DNA from: Oscillospiraceae bacterium
GTDB lineage: Bacteria > Bacillota > Clostridia > Oscillospirales > CAG-272
Reading direction: 5' to 3'
Length of the DNA stretch: 64,000 nt
Assembly (NCBI GenBank): GCA_015063855.1
Contig: SVTI01000001.1
Location: 8,017 to 72,016 of the forward strand
A program made the translations under genes and the position numbers. Shown piece after piece: positions 37,434 through 46,714 of the stretch. The notes beneath the pieces were generated by a model. The model was not told where the DNA came from. It was given only the letters and a program-made list of their open reading frames with translations, and did not search any database. How positions within the stretch are numbered: position 1 is the first letter of the stretch; the number at the start of each line of letters is the position of its first letter.

Positions 37434-38755
37434 TGAAAACCCCTATTTCCGATTTTGTGAGTAAGTACGCAGACTCCGATATTACCCGTTTTCATATGCC
37501 GGGACATAAGGGAAAGAGCTTTCTCGGTTGCGAGTCCCTTGACATAACAGAGATCGACGGAGCTGACGTGCTGTACAGCTGTAACGGAATAATCAAGGAA
37601 AGCGAAGATAATCTGTCTTCGCTTTTTGGTACTGCACACAGCTTCTACAGTACCGAGGGATCTACCCTGTGTATTAAAGCTATGCTTGCCCTCGTTACAT
37701 TGGGTAAGAAAAATCCGCTGGTTCTGGCGGCGCGTAATATTCATAAGGCATTCTGCTATGCGGCGGCTCTGCTCGATATAGATGTAGAATTTATCTATAG
37801 CTCCTCCCGACACCTCTGCAGCTGTGAGTTAAGCTGTGACGATGTAGAGAAGGCTATTGATAATTGTACAAGAAAACCTGATGCTCTCTACCTGACATCC
37901 CCCGATTATCTCGGTCATATACAGAATATCGAGGGTATAGCTAAGGTATGTAAGGAAAAAAATATACCTCTTTTGGTAGACAATGCCCACGGTGCATATC
38001 TTAAATTTTTACCCGAGTCCCGTCACCCGATAGATCTCGGCGCGACTATCTGCTGTGATTCAGCACATAAGACCCTGCCCGTTTTGACAGGCGGTGCTTA
38101 TCTGCATATTTCAAAGGATGCTCCCAAGGAATATACCGAGCGTGCAAGAGAGATGCTTTCCCTCTTTGCTTCTACCTCGCCTTCCTATCTTATCATGCAG
38201 AGTCTTGACATCTGCAACAGATATCTGACAGAGGATTACAGAGCCAAACTCCTTGGTACCGTCAACAGAATAGAGCATTGTAAGGCAAAAATATGCAATC
38301 TTGGTTATCATATCAAAGGAAGTGAACCCCTCAAGATAGTTATAGAGTGTGCCGAAGCTGAAAAGCTCAGCGCACATCTGAGAGAATACAAGGTAGAATG
38401 CGAATTTGCAGATGAGCGCTATCTTGTGCTTATGGCAGGTACAGAAAATACAGAAAGCGATTTTGTCAAATTAGAAAAAGCTCTTGAGTGCTATAAGGGA
38501 TGCAGAGAAGCTTCCAAGCTTACGCTCCCGATAGGATTTAAGGCAAAAAAAATCATGAGTATCAGAGAAGCCATGCTCTCCGCAAGTGAGATCGTTCCCC
38601 TGAGCCAAGCCTTAGGCAGAGTGTGTGCCACACCCACCGTCTCCTGTCCCCCCGCAGTTCCTATCGTTATCAGCGGTGAGGAGATAACCGCCGAAGCCGT
38701 CGACCTTTTTGACAGATACGGTATAACAAGCATTTCTGTGGTACAGGACGGTTAG
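37433..38755 (+). CDS. PLP-dependent Orn/Lys/Arg decarboxylase-family protein
   Basis: Start trimmed to MKTPISDFVSKYADSDITRFHMPGHKG (TAATG overlap with the scfB stop). The lysine motif region is DSAHKTLPVLTGG. Confidence 0.75.
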   Translation: MKTPISDFVSKYADSDITRFHMPGHKGKSFLGCESLDITEIDGADVLYSCNGIIKESEDNLSSLFGTAHSFYSTEGSTLCIKAMLALVTLGKKNPLVLAARNIHKAFCYAAALLDIDVEFIYSSSRHLCSCELSCDDVEKAIDNCTRKPDALYLTSPDYLGHIQNIEGIAKVCKEKNIPLLVDNAHGAYLKFLPESRHPIDLGATICCDSAHKTLPVLTGGAYLHISKDAPKEYTERAREMLSLFASTSPSYLIMQSLDICNRYLTEDYRAKLLGTVNRIEHCKAKICNLGYHIKGSEPLKIVIECAEAEKLSAHLREYKVECEFADERYLVLMAGTENTESDFVKLEKALECYKGCREASKLTLPIGFKAKKIMSIREAMLSASEIVPLSQALGRVCATPTVSCPPAVPIVISGEEITAEAVDLFDRYGITSISVVQDG

Positions 38756-38764
38756 CACCGCGGC

Positions 38765-39316
38765 TATGCTTCGAGCATGGAGATTAATTAAATTTATTAT
38801 TCAATACCCGAAGTAGAGTGACCGATAAATTGTAGTTTGAAGGGTTTCACCCTTCACCCGTATGCTTCGGGCTTGAAGTTCGATTAAATTCATCCTTTAA
38901 TGCCCGAAGTAGAGTGATTGATAAATTGTAGTTTATCGGGGAGTTTACTATAACAAAATGTCTTAAACAAACTAACGGAGAGCACTACACTAATAGCCTT
39001 CCCCAGCGGGGAAGGTGTCATTGGTGGAATTTTCAAAGCGCTTTCAGGCGGTTGGAAAATTCTACTCAATGACGGATGAGGAGAGCGTTTAAGATAGATA
39101 AGGTTTTCTATCGTATTAATTAAAGAGTAAACTATTAAATTTATAATTGTACCCTTTAAATATTACAATCAATTATTCAACGTGGCTTTACGTTCTCCTC
39201 ATCCGTCATTTAAAATAATTACCAAACGAGTTTAGTAATTATTTCAAATGACACCTTCCCCGCTGGGGAAGGCTACACGTGAAGTGCAAACACACCGATA
39301 TACTACAATTTACCGA
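38765..39316. repeat. Composite repeat region: 96-bp-period direct repeat plus a ~320-bp imperfect palindrome of hairpin modules
   Basis: The 32-bp unit cccgaagtagagtgaYYgataaattgtagttt occurs at 38807-38838 and 38903-38934, with an inverted partial copy at 39301-39314. The arm agccttccccagcggggaaggtgtcatt (38995-39022) pairs with aatgacaccttccccgctggggaaggct (39248-39275). The arm caatgacggatgaggagagcg (39067-39087) pairs with cgttctcctcatccgtcatt (39191-39210). Confidence 0.75.
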
Positions 39317-39383
39317 TACAAACAAGGATTTTATTACAAATAAATCCTAAAACAAGATTTTTTAAGAAATTTTCAAAAACCCC

Positions 39384-39412
39384 TTGTCAAAATGAAATTA
39401 ATGTGTTATAAT
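39384..39412 (+). promoter_or_regulatory. Candidate tRNA-Ser promoter (TTGTCA-17-TATAAT)
   Basis: Sequence: ttgtca aaatgaaattaatgtgt tataat. It ends 20 nt upstream of the tRNA 5' end. Confidence 0.55.
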
Positions 39413-39432
39413 AACTTTTGTTCAGCGAACAC

Positions 39433-39523
39433 GGAGAAGTACTCAAGTCGGTGAAGAGGCGCCCCTGCTAAGGGTGTAGGTCGAGCAATCGGCGCGAGAG
39501 TTCGAATCTCTCCTTCTCCGCCA
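39433..39523 (+). tRNA. tRNA-Ser (anticodon GCU), class II with long variable arm, encoded CCA
   Basis: Acceptor stem GGAGAAG/CTTCTCC. Anticodon arm CGCCC-CTGCTAA-GGGTG. T arm GAGAG-TTCGAAT-CTCTC. Discriminator G followed by CCA. Confidence 0.9.
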
Positions 39524-39670
39524 CATAATCCCACACGGGATAATGAAACAACCCTCGAATTTCAAAGGTTCGAGGGTTGTTGCTTTAACTACAGGTGAAC
39601 AACAGTTCTAAAAATAAATACTGAACAGAACCCCGTATCAACAGTGAACCCTATTGATACGGGGGATATA

Positions 39671-40735
39671 TTACATAGGAGAAATCAAAAAATTATTCAT
39701 AAGCCGAACATTACCAGGATTATTACTAAGAAAATTCATCATCATTTCATCAAAAGATATTAAATATGAACTTTGGTCAACAAGAACGCTTAAACTATTG
39801 TCAATCTCATTTTTATCTAAAACTCTCACACATAACATATCAAATATATCATTTTTTAAAAGTTTTTGACCACGATCCAACCAAGCATTTAACATCAGTT
39901 TTAAATATTTAGCTTGGTGAATTGAATAGCCCTTTCGCATAAAGGCACTCACAATTTTGTTTTTTGCATATTCGGCAAATTTTGAATCTTCCGCAAGAGC
40001 GTCAACAATTATACCCATTATTTTAGAATCATTAAACCCGTTATTTCGTGCATCCATTGCCGATTGGCACATTATATCGTATAAATTCTCTTCACCGTTA
40101 AAATATTCAACTATAGTATCTATGATCATTTGAAAAACAATGCAATTTTGAACGAGTAAGTCTATATATTCTTTTTTTAAATACTGTTCAGGCTTGTTAG
40201 CGACGTAACCGTTTTTTAAGGAATCAGTTAATTGACCTTGATATTCATTTAAGTGATTGGACATTTCCTTTCCTAAATATGTTAAGACGTTGTTTTTAAC
40301 ACTTTTTAAATTGGAAAAATTATTGATATAATATTCTGCATATATAAGACTAATAATTGTTAAAAACATACACGAATGTTTAACTTCAATTTCAATTTTT
40401 TTATCTAACAAAGTATCAGCATACTGCTTCAAATCATCTTCCAACATAACGGAAAGCAATGTAAAGTTTTCGTTTGTATAACAATACTCTTGAATATTGT
40501 TTAAAATTCTTAAGTTTTTTTCTTGAATAAAATCAATAATGGTTCTAATCATTTTTGGCTGGTTTCTAAAATGAACTATCATTTCAATCAAAACAGAAGA
40601 AGGGATACTTTTGTTAGTTTGTTGGTCCAAATAATTACGTAACAATTCAACATGATGTTTTGGAACACTTTCTCCCATACCTAGCTTATCTCTCCCTATA
40701 TACCAATAAAAAGAATTTGCATCTAAATAAACCAT
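39671..40735 (-). CDS. Hypothetical protein; possible split PIN-like nuclease fold
   Basis: 354 aa. The N-terminus is VYLDANSF, the central region is helical, and acidic motifs lie near the C-terminus (NDIFDMLCV, ISFDEMM). The fold assignment is speculative. Confidence 0.5.
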   Translation of the reverse strand: MVYLDANSFYWYIGRDKLGMGESVPKHHVELLRNYLDQQTNKSIPSSVLIEMIVHFRNQPKMIRTIIDFIQEKNLRILNNIQEYCYTNENFTLLSVMLEDDLKQYADTLLDKKIEIEVKHSCMFLTIISLIYAEYYINNFSNLKSVKNNVLTYLGKEMSNHLNEYQGQLTDSLKNGYVANKPEQYLKKEYIDLLVQNCIVFQMIIDTIVEYFNGEENLYDIMCQSAMDARNNGFNDSKIMGIIVDALAEDSKFAEYAKNKIVSAFMRKGYSIHQAKYLKLMLNAWLDRGQKLLKNDIFDMLCVRVLDKNEIDNSLSVLVDQSSYLISFDEMMMNFLSNNPGNVRLMNNFLISPM

Positions 40736-41056
40736 AATTATTGCCTTTCAAATAATCTCGTAAATTTCCTTATTTTATAAAAATAATTATATAATATACA
40801 GATATAAATGTCAATTTAAATTAAATAGGGTTTTAAATGTACAAAATACTTTTGTATACTTATAATTAAACCGTTGTACGAAACAAAAATAATTGAAAAT
40901 ATATATTATTGAATTGAATAATGATAGATAAACCGTATCAAGGCTAAGTGCTTTGATACGGTTTTTTACTGGAAATTTGCGTGGAAAAAGGCGGTGGAAA
41001 GATTTTTTGAGAGGTATATAATTTTAATTAACTAAAAAGGACGGTGATATTGTTAT

Positions 41057-41332
41057 ATGAGTAAGAACTCTAAACCCGTATTGAACGGTGTATATGAAAC
41101 TATCAGCGAATTAATCGGGTTCGATAACACCGTTGAAATCTATAAGCATTTTGCAGGTAGTCAGATCAACTTTCCTACAAGACTTTTTTCAAAAGAATTT
41201 GTCTTGCAAGAAGCAATTAAAAACTACGATGGAACATCTAAATCAATCAATAAAATAGCCGTCAAATACAAATATAGCGAGCGTACAGTTAGAAAATTAC
41301 TTAAAGAACATCTTGATAACGATGATACGTGA
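41057..41332 (+). CDS. Small HTH protein (Mor/CD3324-like)
   Basis: 91 aa with C-terminus INKIAVKYKYSERTVRKLLKE. Confidence 0.5.
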   Translation: MSKNSKPVLNGVYETISELIGFDNTVEIYKHFAGSQINFPTRLFSKEFVLQEAIKNYDGTSKSINKIAVKYKYSERTVRKLLKEHLDNDDT

Positions 41333-41341
41333 GGTTTACAA

Positions 41342-41814
41342 ATGGGTAGAAATTCAATCACTTATATTACAGAAAACAACGATCATACAGAAGTAGAAAA
41401 AGAATTACAATTAAGGATCGCAAAAGAAAAAAACGGTGTCAAAAGATAGCTTTAGATTTTGGAGAAACCATAAGCGAAGAGGGTATATATACTACTACGA
41501 GAATTTCAAATACCGTAAAAGCAGACGGCACTGATTGTTTTTCCTGTACAGTAGTTTGCTATAATCTGCAGGAATATCGAAAGTCAACATTAGAGGAGCT
41601 TAAAGAAGAACTTTCAGAAGCGAAAGAAGAACTCGAGGACCTGAAAGAAGAATTGGGAGAAATAGAAGATCTGGACAAAGATGATTATGATGACTATGGT
41701 TTTGATTCCGAAAAAGAGTATAAGAAAAAGCTTGAAGATTTAAATGTAGATATCTTTCTAATCGAAACGGATATTGAAGTGATAGAGAAAATTTTTAGAA
41801 GAAAAAACTTATAA
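41342..41814 (+). pseudogene. Hypothetical coiled-coil/acidic protein (~157 aa) interrupted at an A7 run
   Basis: ATG 41342 (GAGG RBS) reads 33 codons to a TAG. The frame entered by adding one A at 41427-41433 stays open for a further ~125 codons to 41814 and has no start codon of its own. Confidence 0.45.
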
Positions 41815-41836
41815 AAAATAGAAGGAGGTAATTGTT

Positions 41837-42010
41837 TTGTCCATAAAGTTTTCTGATATTAAAAACTTTGTAAATAAGATTATAGCTTTTGTTATTGAAG
41901 ATCAAACGGCTACTCAAAAGTCACGCTTACTCGATGCAGAATCTAAAGCAAGACAAGCAGGAAGAAAAGATCTCGCTGAAGAAATCAGAAAAAAGAGAAA
42001 CGAATTATAA
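41837..42010 (+). CDS. Small hypothetical protein (57 aa, TTG start)
   Basis: GGAGG lies 8 nt upstream of the TTG. Sequence: SIKFSDIKNFVNKIIAFVIEDQTATQKSRLLDAESKARQAGRKDLAEEIRKKRNEL. Confidence 0.35.
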   Translation: MSIKFSDIKNFVNKIIAFVIEDQTATQKSRLLDAESKARQAGRKDLAEEIRKKRNEL

Positions 42011-42037
42011 TCTTAACAAAGACAAGGAGAAAGAATT

Positions 42038-42232
42038 ATGAGAAAATCACTCGGATCAAAAAAAGACAAGAAATGCTATACTTGTAGATTTTGGCAAGGA
42101 ACTTCAATGAGAGTCACAGGTCCGCAATTCTTGGAATACGACCAATCCGAAGAAGCAATATGTAATAACACAGGCTTTAAAAAGAAAGCTTGGTCAAGCT
42201 GTAGCGATCACGAAAAAAGATATGACCTTTAA
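42038..42232 (+). CDS. Small Cys-containing hypothetical protein
   Basis: 64 aa with an AAGGAGA RBS and a downstream hairpin (ccatcattc..gaatgatgg). Confidence 0.45.
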   Translation: MRKSLGSKKDKKCYTCRFWQGTSMRVTGPQFLEYDQSEEAICNNTGFKKKAWSSCSDHEKRYDL

Positions 42233-42332
42233 TACATAATGTTGGTGGGAAATTAAAAACGATGACTCCATCATTCTTTCGGGAATGATGGAGTTTTTTA
42301 TATAAATCTAATTTTACAACAGGAGGTGAACA

Positions 42333-42611
42333 ATGAAACATTTACTTGAAGATTTCTGGTACGGAAACATTTCACCGCAGACAGACAGTATCGAAAACAA
42401 CCCTGAGATCAAGAAATTGCTTGAACTTATGGGGCAGAACAGGGATAAGCTTTGTAAAACAATCTCCGATGAAGAACAGTTAACCTTGGAGAAATACGAT
42501 GATTGCCTTAATGAAATGAACGGGATTATTGAACGAGAAGCATTTATTTACGGCTTCAAGCTTGGCGGTAATATAATGCTTGAAATAATGAGCGAATCGA
42601 ATAACGAATAA
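42333..42611 (+). CDS. Hypothetical protein (family common on clostridial mobile elements)
   Basis: 92 aa beginning MKHLLEDFWYGNISPQ, with an AGGAGG RBS. Confidence 0.5.
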   Translation: MKHLLEDFWYGNISPQTDSIENNPEIKKLLELMGQNRDKLCKTISDEEQLTLEKYDDCLNEMNGIIEREAFIYGFKLGGNIMLEIMSESNNE

Positions 42612-42666
42612 TTGACCTATCATCCGATTTGGAGATGATGGATCTTAATTTTTCAAGGAGGAATTA

Positions 42667-42756
42667 ATGAAACACTTTATTTTAGGATTTATAACAACCT
42701 TTGCAATGCTTGTAGCAACCGATAAATTAGTAATGTCAAAAAAGGAAAGGGAGTAA
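42667..42756 (+). CDS. Tiny membrane peptide (29 aa)
   Basis: AGGAGG RBS. Sequence: MKHFILGFITTFAMLVATDKLVMSKKERE. Confidence 0.3.
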   Translation: MKHFILGFITTFAMLVATDKLVMSKKERE

Positions 42757-42759
42757 TTT

Positions 42760-42882
42760 ATGTTTGTGTTGGTGACAACATTATCAAAAATTGCGGTTGA
42801 ATCATTTTTGAGCGGTGTTAGCTGTGCTATTTCCCTCTACTGTGGGGTAAAAACTCCGAGGAACAGGAGGAAAAATGGTTAA
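42760..42882 (+). CDS. Tiny hydrophobic peptide (40 aa)
   Basis: GGGAG RBS. It overlaps the next start codon by 8 nt. Confidence 0.3.
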   Translation: MFVLVTTLSKIAVESFLSGVSCAISLYCGVKTPRNRRKNG

Positions 42883-43210
42883 GATAACTAAACACGCTGA
42901 CCTTGTTAATGTCAAGGATGAGAACATTCTGCCGTATATTAAATGCTTGCTTGGAAGAATTCAAGCAAGTTATAATTATCGCCCCGATCAGTCAATAGAA
43001 CCGATTGGGGCAGTTTTCCTTTTGGAAACAGATATCGACTTACTTAACTACGCTGAATTTGGACTATCCGTTCCCTTAACAGAAAATCGTTTTGAATGGA
43101 TAGAAACAGTTGAGCAAGGAAACTATTGTGACGGGTGTATCGTCATAGACAACGAGAGAGCCATCAACATTGTGGGAAAACGTGATTTCTTTGCAATGTT
43201 TGGGGCATAG
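42875..43210 (+). CDS. Hypothetical protein
   Basis: 111 aa with an AGGAGG RBS. Confidence 0.5.
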   Translation: MVKITKHADLVNVKDENILPYIKCLLGRIQASYNYRPDQSIEPIGAVFLLETDIDLLNYAEFGLSVPLTENRFEWIETVEQGNYCDGCIVIDNERAINIVGKRDFFAMFGA

Positions 43211-43275
43211 GTCATATAATCCATAGGGCATAAATCTAAGTGCCGTAACGAACAAAATTAGGAGTTGAAATTATT

Positions 43276-43602
43276 ATGTCAGAAAATAAAAACAGTAAGA
43301 ACGATAAGGAGAAGTTCAATGAACTTCTCACCTATCTTTCGGAGAACGAAGACAAGTTGAGGGTGCTTCTGTCTGGAGATCAAAAATTAGCACCCCTTGT
43401 TTACCCCATAAAAGGCAAGCGGTCAACTAAAACTGTGTTCATTGCCGAGAAGCTCCAATGCCTTGTAAACGAATACTGTATCGATAAGGAGCTAAAGATC
43501 GGTGATGTAATGGAATATGCCTTGATACAGTATTTGAATCAAAACGGCTATTCGGATAAGCTTGAAGCGATCCTTAAAAACTCGGAGGTGGTTAATCCGT
43601 GA
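43276..43602 (+). CDS. Small DNA-binding-like protein (possible ribbon-helix-helix), coupled to recombinase 1
   Basis: 108 aa. The C-terminal half KTVFIAEKLQCLVNEYCIDKELKIGDVMEYALIQYL has a strand-helix-helix pattern. It shares a GTGA overlap with the recombinase start. Confidence 0.45.
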   Translation: MSENKNSKNDKEKFNELLTYLSENEDKLRVLLSGDQKLAPLVYPIKGKRSTKTVFIAEKLQCLVNEYCIDKELKIGDVMEYALIQYLNQNGYSDKLEAILKNSEVVNP

Positions 43603-45092
43603 CATCCGAGAAGAAAGCAGCCATCTATGCCAGATACAGTTCAGACAATCAACGTGATGAATCAATAGATGCACAAATATGTGCTATGGAGAATTACGCT
43701 AAGAATCACGATATTCGTATTGTTGCTACATACATTGACAGAGCCAAGAGTGCTACAAGCGACCAACGACCCAGCTTTCAGGAAATGATCAAGGTAAGCG
43801 AAACGGGTCTGTTTAACATCGTCATGGTACATAAGCTGGATAGATTTGCAAGAAGCAAATATGATAGTGCAATCTACAAGCAAAAGCTTAAAGCAAACAA
43901 AGTTCAGTTGATAAGCGTAACCGAACAGTTGGACGGCTCTCCTGAATCTATTATTCTGGAATCTGTTCTTGAAGCAATGGCAGAATACTATTCCAAAAAC
44001 CTTGCAAGAGAGGTAATTAAGGGTCTAAGGGAGAACGCTAAGACTGCCACTCATACAGGCGGTGTAGCTCCTCTCGGCTATGATATAGTTGACAAGAAAC
44101 TTGTAATTAACGAGAACGAAGCTCAGGCGGTTAGAATAATCTTTGATATGTATTCACAAGGTCATCCGTATAGTGAGATCATCAACGTTCTTAATCAACA
44201 GGGACATGTAACACGAAAGGGAGTACCTTTTGTAAAGAACAGTTTGTATGAAATACTCCGCAACGAAAAATACCGTGGTGTCTATATATACAATAAATCT
44301 GCAAGTAAATCAGCTAATGGTACATACAATCGTCATGCCTACAAATCCGAGGACGAGATAATCAGGATAGATGGTGGGTGTCCTGCCATTGTTTCTAACG
44401 AGGTCTTTGAGATAGTTGCCAAGCGGCAGAGGGAGAACCGCAGGAAATTTGGCAGGAATGAAGGACGTCAGAAATACCTTCTGAGCGGATTGGTGTTCTG
44501 CGGTAACTGTAATGCTCCCATGCATGCCAACAAACGTAAAAAAACATCTCAGCTGACTTTTCGATGCAGCAACCAAGGAAAGACTTGCAAAGAAATAAAC
44601 ATGGCGGTATTAGAGACCCATGTGCTTCGAGTATTGAGAGAGAATATTTTCTCTTATCAAAAAATCCCTGATATAATGCGTATTATAGAGAAATATACAG
44701 GGGATTGCGATAATATGCAACGAAGCAAAACTGAGGATATAGAAACACAGCTTGCTGAGATATCACATTCTAAGGAAAACATTTTGAAAGCAATAGAAAG
44801 CGGAATCGTTGCTTCTCATTTCAGTATGCGATTGGATGAACTAAAAGCTCAGGAAGAGCTTCTACAAGCAGAATTAGTGCTTGCAAACCAACCTCAGAGC
44901 TTTCACGTGACCGAGAAGGACGTTAAACTGTTAATAAACCGATTTCACTTTATGATGAAGGAATACGATGTGGTAGGTCTTAGAAAAATCATTCTTGATT
45001 TTGTTAAGTCTATCACCGTAACTGCCGGAACAATCGATGTGAAATTAAAGATCTCCTTCGGTGATGTGGCGATTGATGAATTGTCTGCCTGA
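43599..45092 (+). CDS. Large serine recombinase 1
   Basis: GTG start. Catalytic motif: AAIYARYSSDNQRDESIDAQ. It has a recombinase domain, a zinc ribbon (CGNCNAPMH..FRCSNQGKTC) and a coiled coil. Confidence 0.9.
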   Translation: MTSEKKAAIYARYSSDNQRDESIDAQICAMENYAKNHDIRIVATYIDRAKSATSDQRPSFQEMIKVSETGLFNIVMVHKLDRFARSKYDSAIYKQKLKANKVQLISVTEQLDGSPESIILESVLEAMAEYYSKNLAREVIKGLRENAKTATHTGGVAPLGYDIVDKKLVINENEAQAVRIIFDMYSQGHPYSEIINVLNQQGHVTRKGVPFVKNSLYEILRNEKYRGVYIYNKSASKSANGTYNRHAYKSEDEIIRIDGGCPAIVSNEVFEIVAKRQRENRRKFGRNEGRQKYLLSGLVFCGNCNAPMHANKRKKTSQLTFRCSNQGKTCKEINMAVLETHVLRVLRENIFSYQKIPDIMRIIEKYTGDCDNMQRSKTEDIETQLAEISHSKENILKAIESGIVASHFSMRLDELKAQEELLQAELVLANQPQSFHVTEKDVKLLINRFHFMMKEYDVVGLRKIILDFVKSITVTAGTIDVKLKISFGDVAIDELSA

Positions 45093-45096
45093 CGAT

Positions 45097-45175
45097 GTGT
45101 CAATGTGTCCATGAAGAGTTAAGTCAAGCAAAATAATCAATCTAATGTGTCCGTCAAGTGTCCACTGATGTGTCA
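45097..45175 (+). repeat. Iteron cluster 1: five direct copies of GTGTC(C/A)
   Basis: Copies at 45097, 45105, 45147, 45158 and 45170, all on the plus strand. They lie between the convergent recombinase genes. Confidence 0.6.
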
Positions 45176-45199
45176 AATGCCCCTTAAAAAAGGGGCATT
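45176..45199. terminator. Bidirectional terminator (aatgcccctt aaaa aaggggcatt)
   Basis: Perfect 10-bp stem between convergent genes. Confidence 0.65.
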
Positions 45200-45202
45200 G
45201 AC

Positions 45203-46714
45203 TCAACAAGCTAACAAGGAAACCGTAGCACCTTCATTGTCAATATCAACTCTTTCGACATAGGTGCGGATCAAACTTTCAACGAAATAACGGTTGGTTT
45301 CCTGCTTGCAATAGGAAATGAAGATTGACCTTGCTCTTATAATATCATCTTCGCTTGGGACATAGGATAAAGACCTTGTCAATTCCGTAATGGCAATGGA
45401 AAGCTCGGCTTTTTCTTTGGCTAAAATATCCAAGCGTTCGGTGATTTGTTCGGAAGTCTCCTCAGAGCATTCCTCTAACTGGCTGATTAGGTTGTCACAA
45501 CGCTTTTTGAGTCTTGAATGCTGAGTCTTCAACTCTGATAACTTAGCCTTATTTTTTTTGGAAAGATTGGAGAAATTTTCGGAAAAGGTTTGAAGGAATT
45601 CCTTGGATAATAATTTTTGACACAAACAATTCAAGACAAAATCCTCCAACTTGAACATATCGACTTCTTTGACGTCGCATTCCCTGTGAGCCTTACTGTT
45701 GGGACAATAAAAACTGATATATAGCTTATCGTGGTTGTTTCTACGGTTAGCGTGCATGACCTGATCTCCGCAATTCTTGCAAAACACCTTGCCTGACAAT
45801 AAATAACGGGTACTTTTCGAGGAACGCTTCTTTTTCGAGGCTTCAGGCTGAGCCTTATCCCAAAGCTCAGGGCTAACGATTGGAGTACATGAGTACTTGA
45901 CGATAAGCTTTTCGTCCTTGTATAAATGCCTGTTAAACCCGTTTGTACCACGAGCAGATGAACGATTGTATTGTAATTCTCCCTTGTAACAAGGATTTGT
46001 GATAATTTCACGAATCCCGCTGACCTTAAACTGACGGTTCAACTTAGAAGTATAACCCTGCTCATTTAATATATCAGCAATTTTCTGCATACTTACTCCT
46101 TGAGCACGTTGATTAAAGATTTTTTCGACAATAAGCTTCTTTTTAGGGTCGATGGTAAGAATTCCATCAATAACCTGATAGCCCAATGGAGCTGTTCCGC
46201 CCTGCCATCTGCCCTTTTGAGCTCCTGTCAGCTTTCCACGTGCAATGTTTTCTCCGATTCGATGTGACTCTAATTCAGCCTGTTGTGCAACAAAAAAGCG
46301 GAAGGTCTCTGTCATGGGGAACACGTTGTTCAGCATAGATTCTTGTGCAGTCAACAGATTGGTATCATAATCCTTCATGGTATATTGATACTCCATAAAT
46401 AATCTTGCATTTCTGAAAAATCTGTCAAGACGATAAACAAGTACCAGATCCCATTCTCTCTCAGGATTAGATAGCTCACTCATTAGAGCTTGTAAGCCCT
46501 CACGGTCAGCGTTGCGTCCGGACTTGCCATCGTCTTTGAAAATGCCAACAATTTTGAGACCATTTCGTTTGGCAAATGCCTCATTGAATGAGATTTGGCT
46601 TTCGATAGATTCTTCTTGGTAGGAGGTAGAACAACGGGCATAAATAACACAGCGTTTTGTACGGCTTAACTCAATCATATCAGGGGATTTCTCCCCTGAA
46701 TTAAAATCAATCAT
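45203..46714 (-). CDS. Large serine recombinase 2
   Basis: Catalytic motif: RCVIYARCSTSYQEESIESQ. It has a zinc ribbon (CKNCGDQVMH..FYCPNSKAHREC) and a coiled-coil C-terminus. Confidence 0.9.
   Translation of the reverse strand: MIDFNSGEKSPDMIELSRTKRCVIYARCSTSYQEESIESQISFNEAFAKRNGLKIVGIFKDDGKSGRNADREGLQALMSELSNPEREWDLVLVYRLDRFFRNARLFMEYQYTMKDYDTNLLTAQESMLNNVFPMTETFRFFVAQQAELESHRIGENIARGKLTGAQKGRWQGGTAPLGYQVIDGILTIDPKKKLIVEKIFNQRAQGVSMQKIADILNEQGYTSKLNRQFKVSGIREIITNPCYKGELQYNRSSARGTNGFNRHLYKDEKLIVKYSCTPIVSPELWDKAQPEASKKKRSSKSTRYLLSGKVFCKNCGDQVMHANRRNNHDKLYISFYCPNSKAHRECDVKEVDMFKLEDFVLNCLCQKLLSKEFLQTFSENFSNLSKKNKAKLSELKTQHSRLKKRCDNLISQLEECSEETSEQITERLDILAKEKAELSIAITELTRSLSYVPSEDDIIRARSIFISYCKQETNRYFVESLIRTYVERVDIDNEGATVSLLAC

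Noticed and set aside
38765-39316. A CRISPR-array interpretation of the hairpin and repeat regions here and at 50652-50940 and 59014-59287.
   Set aside because: The constant units are only 7-9 nt linkers, or there are only two repeat copies. Spacing is irregular (16-24 bp). The overall symmetry is palindromic, and there are no cas genes in the window.
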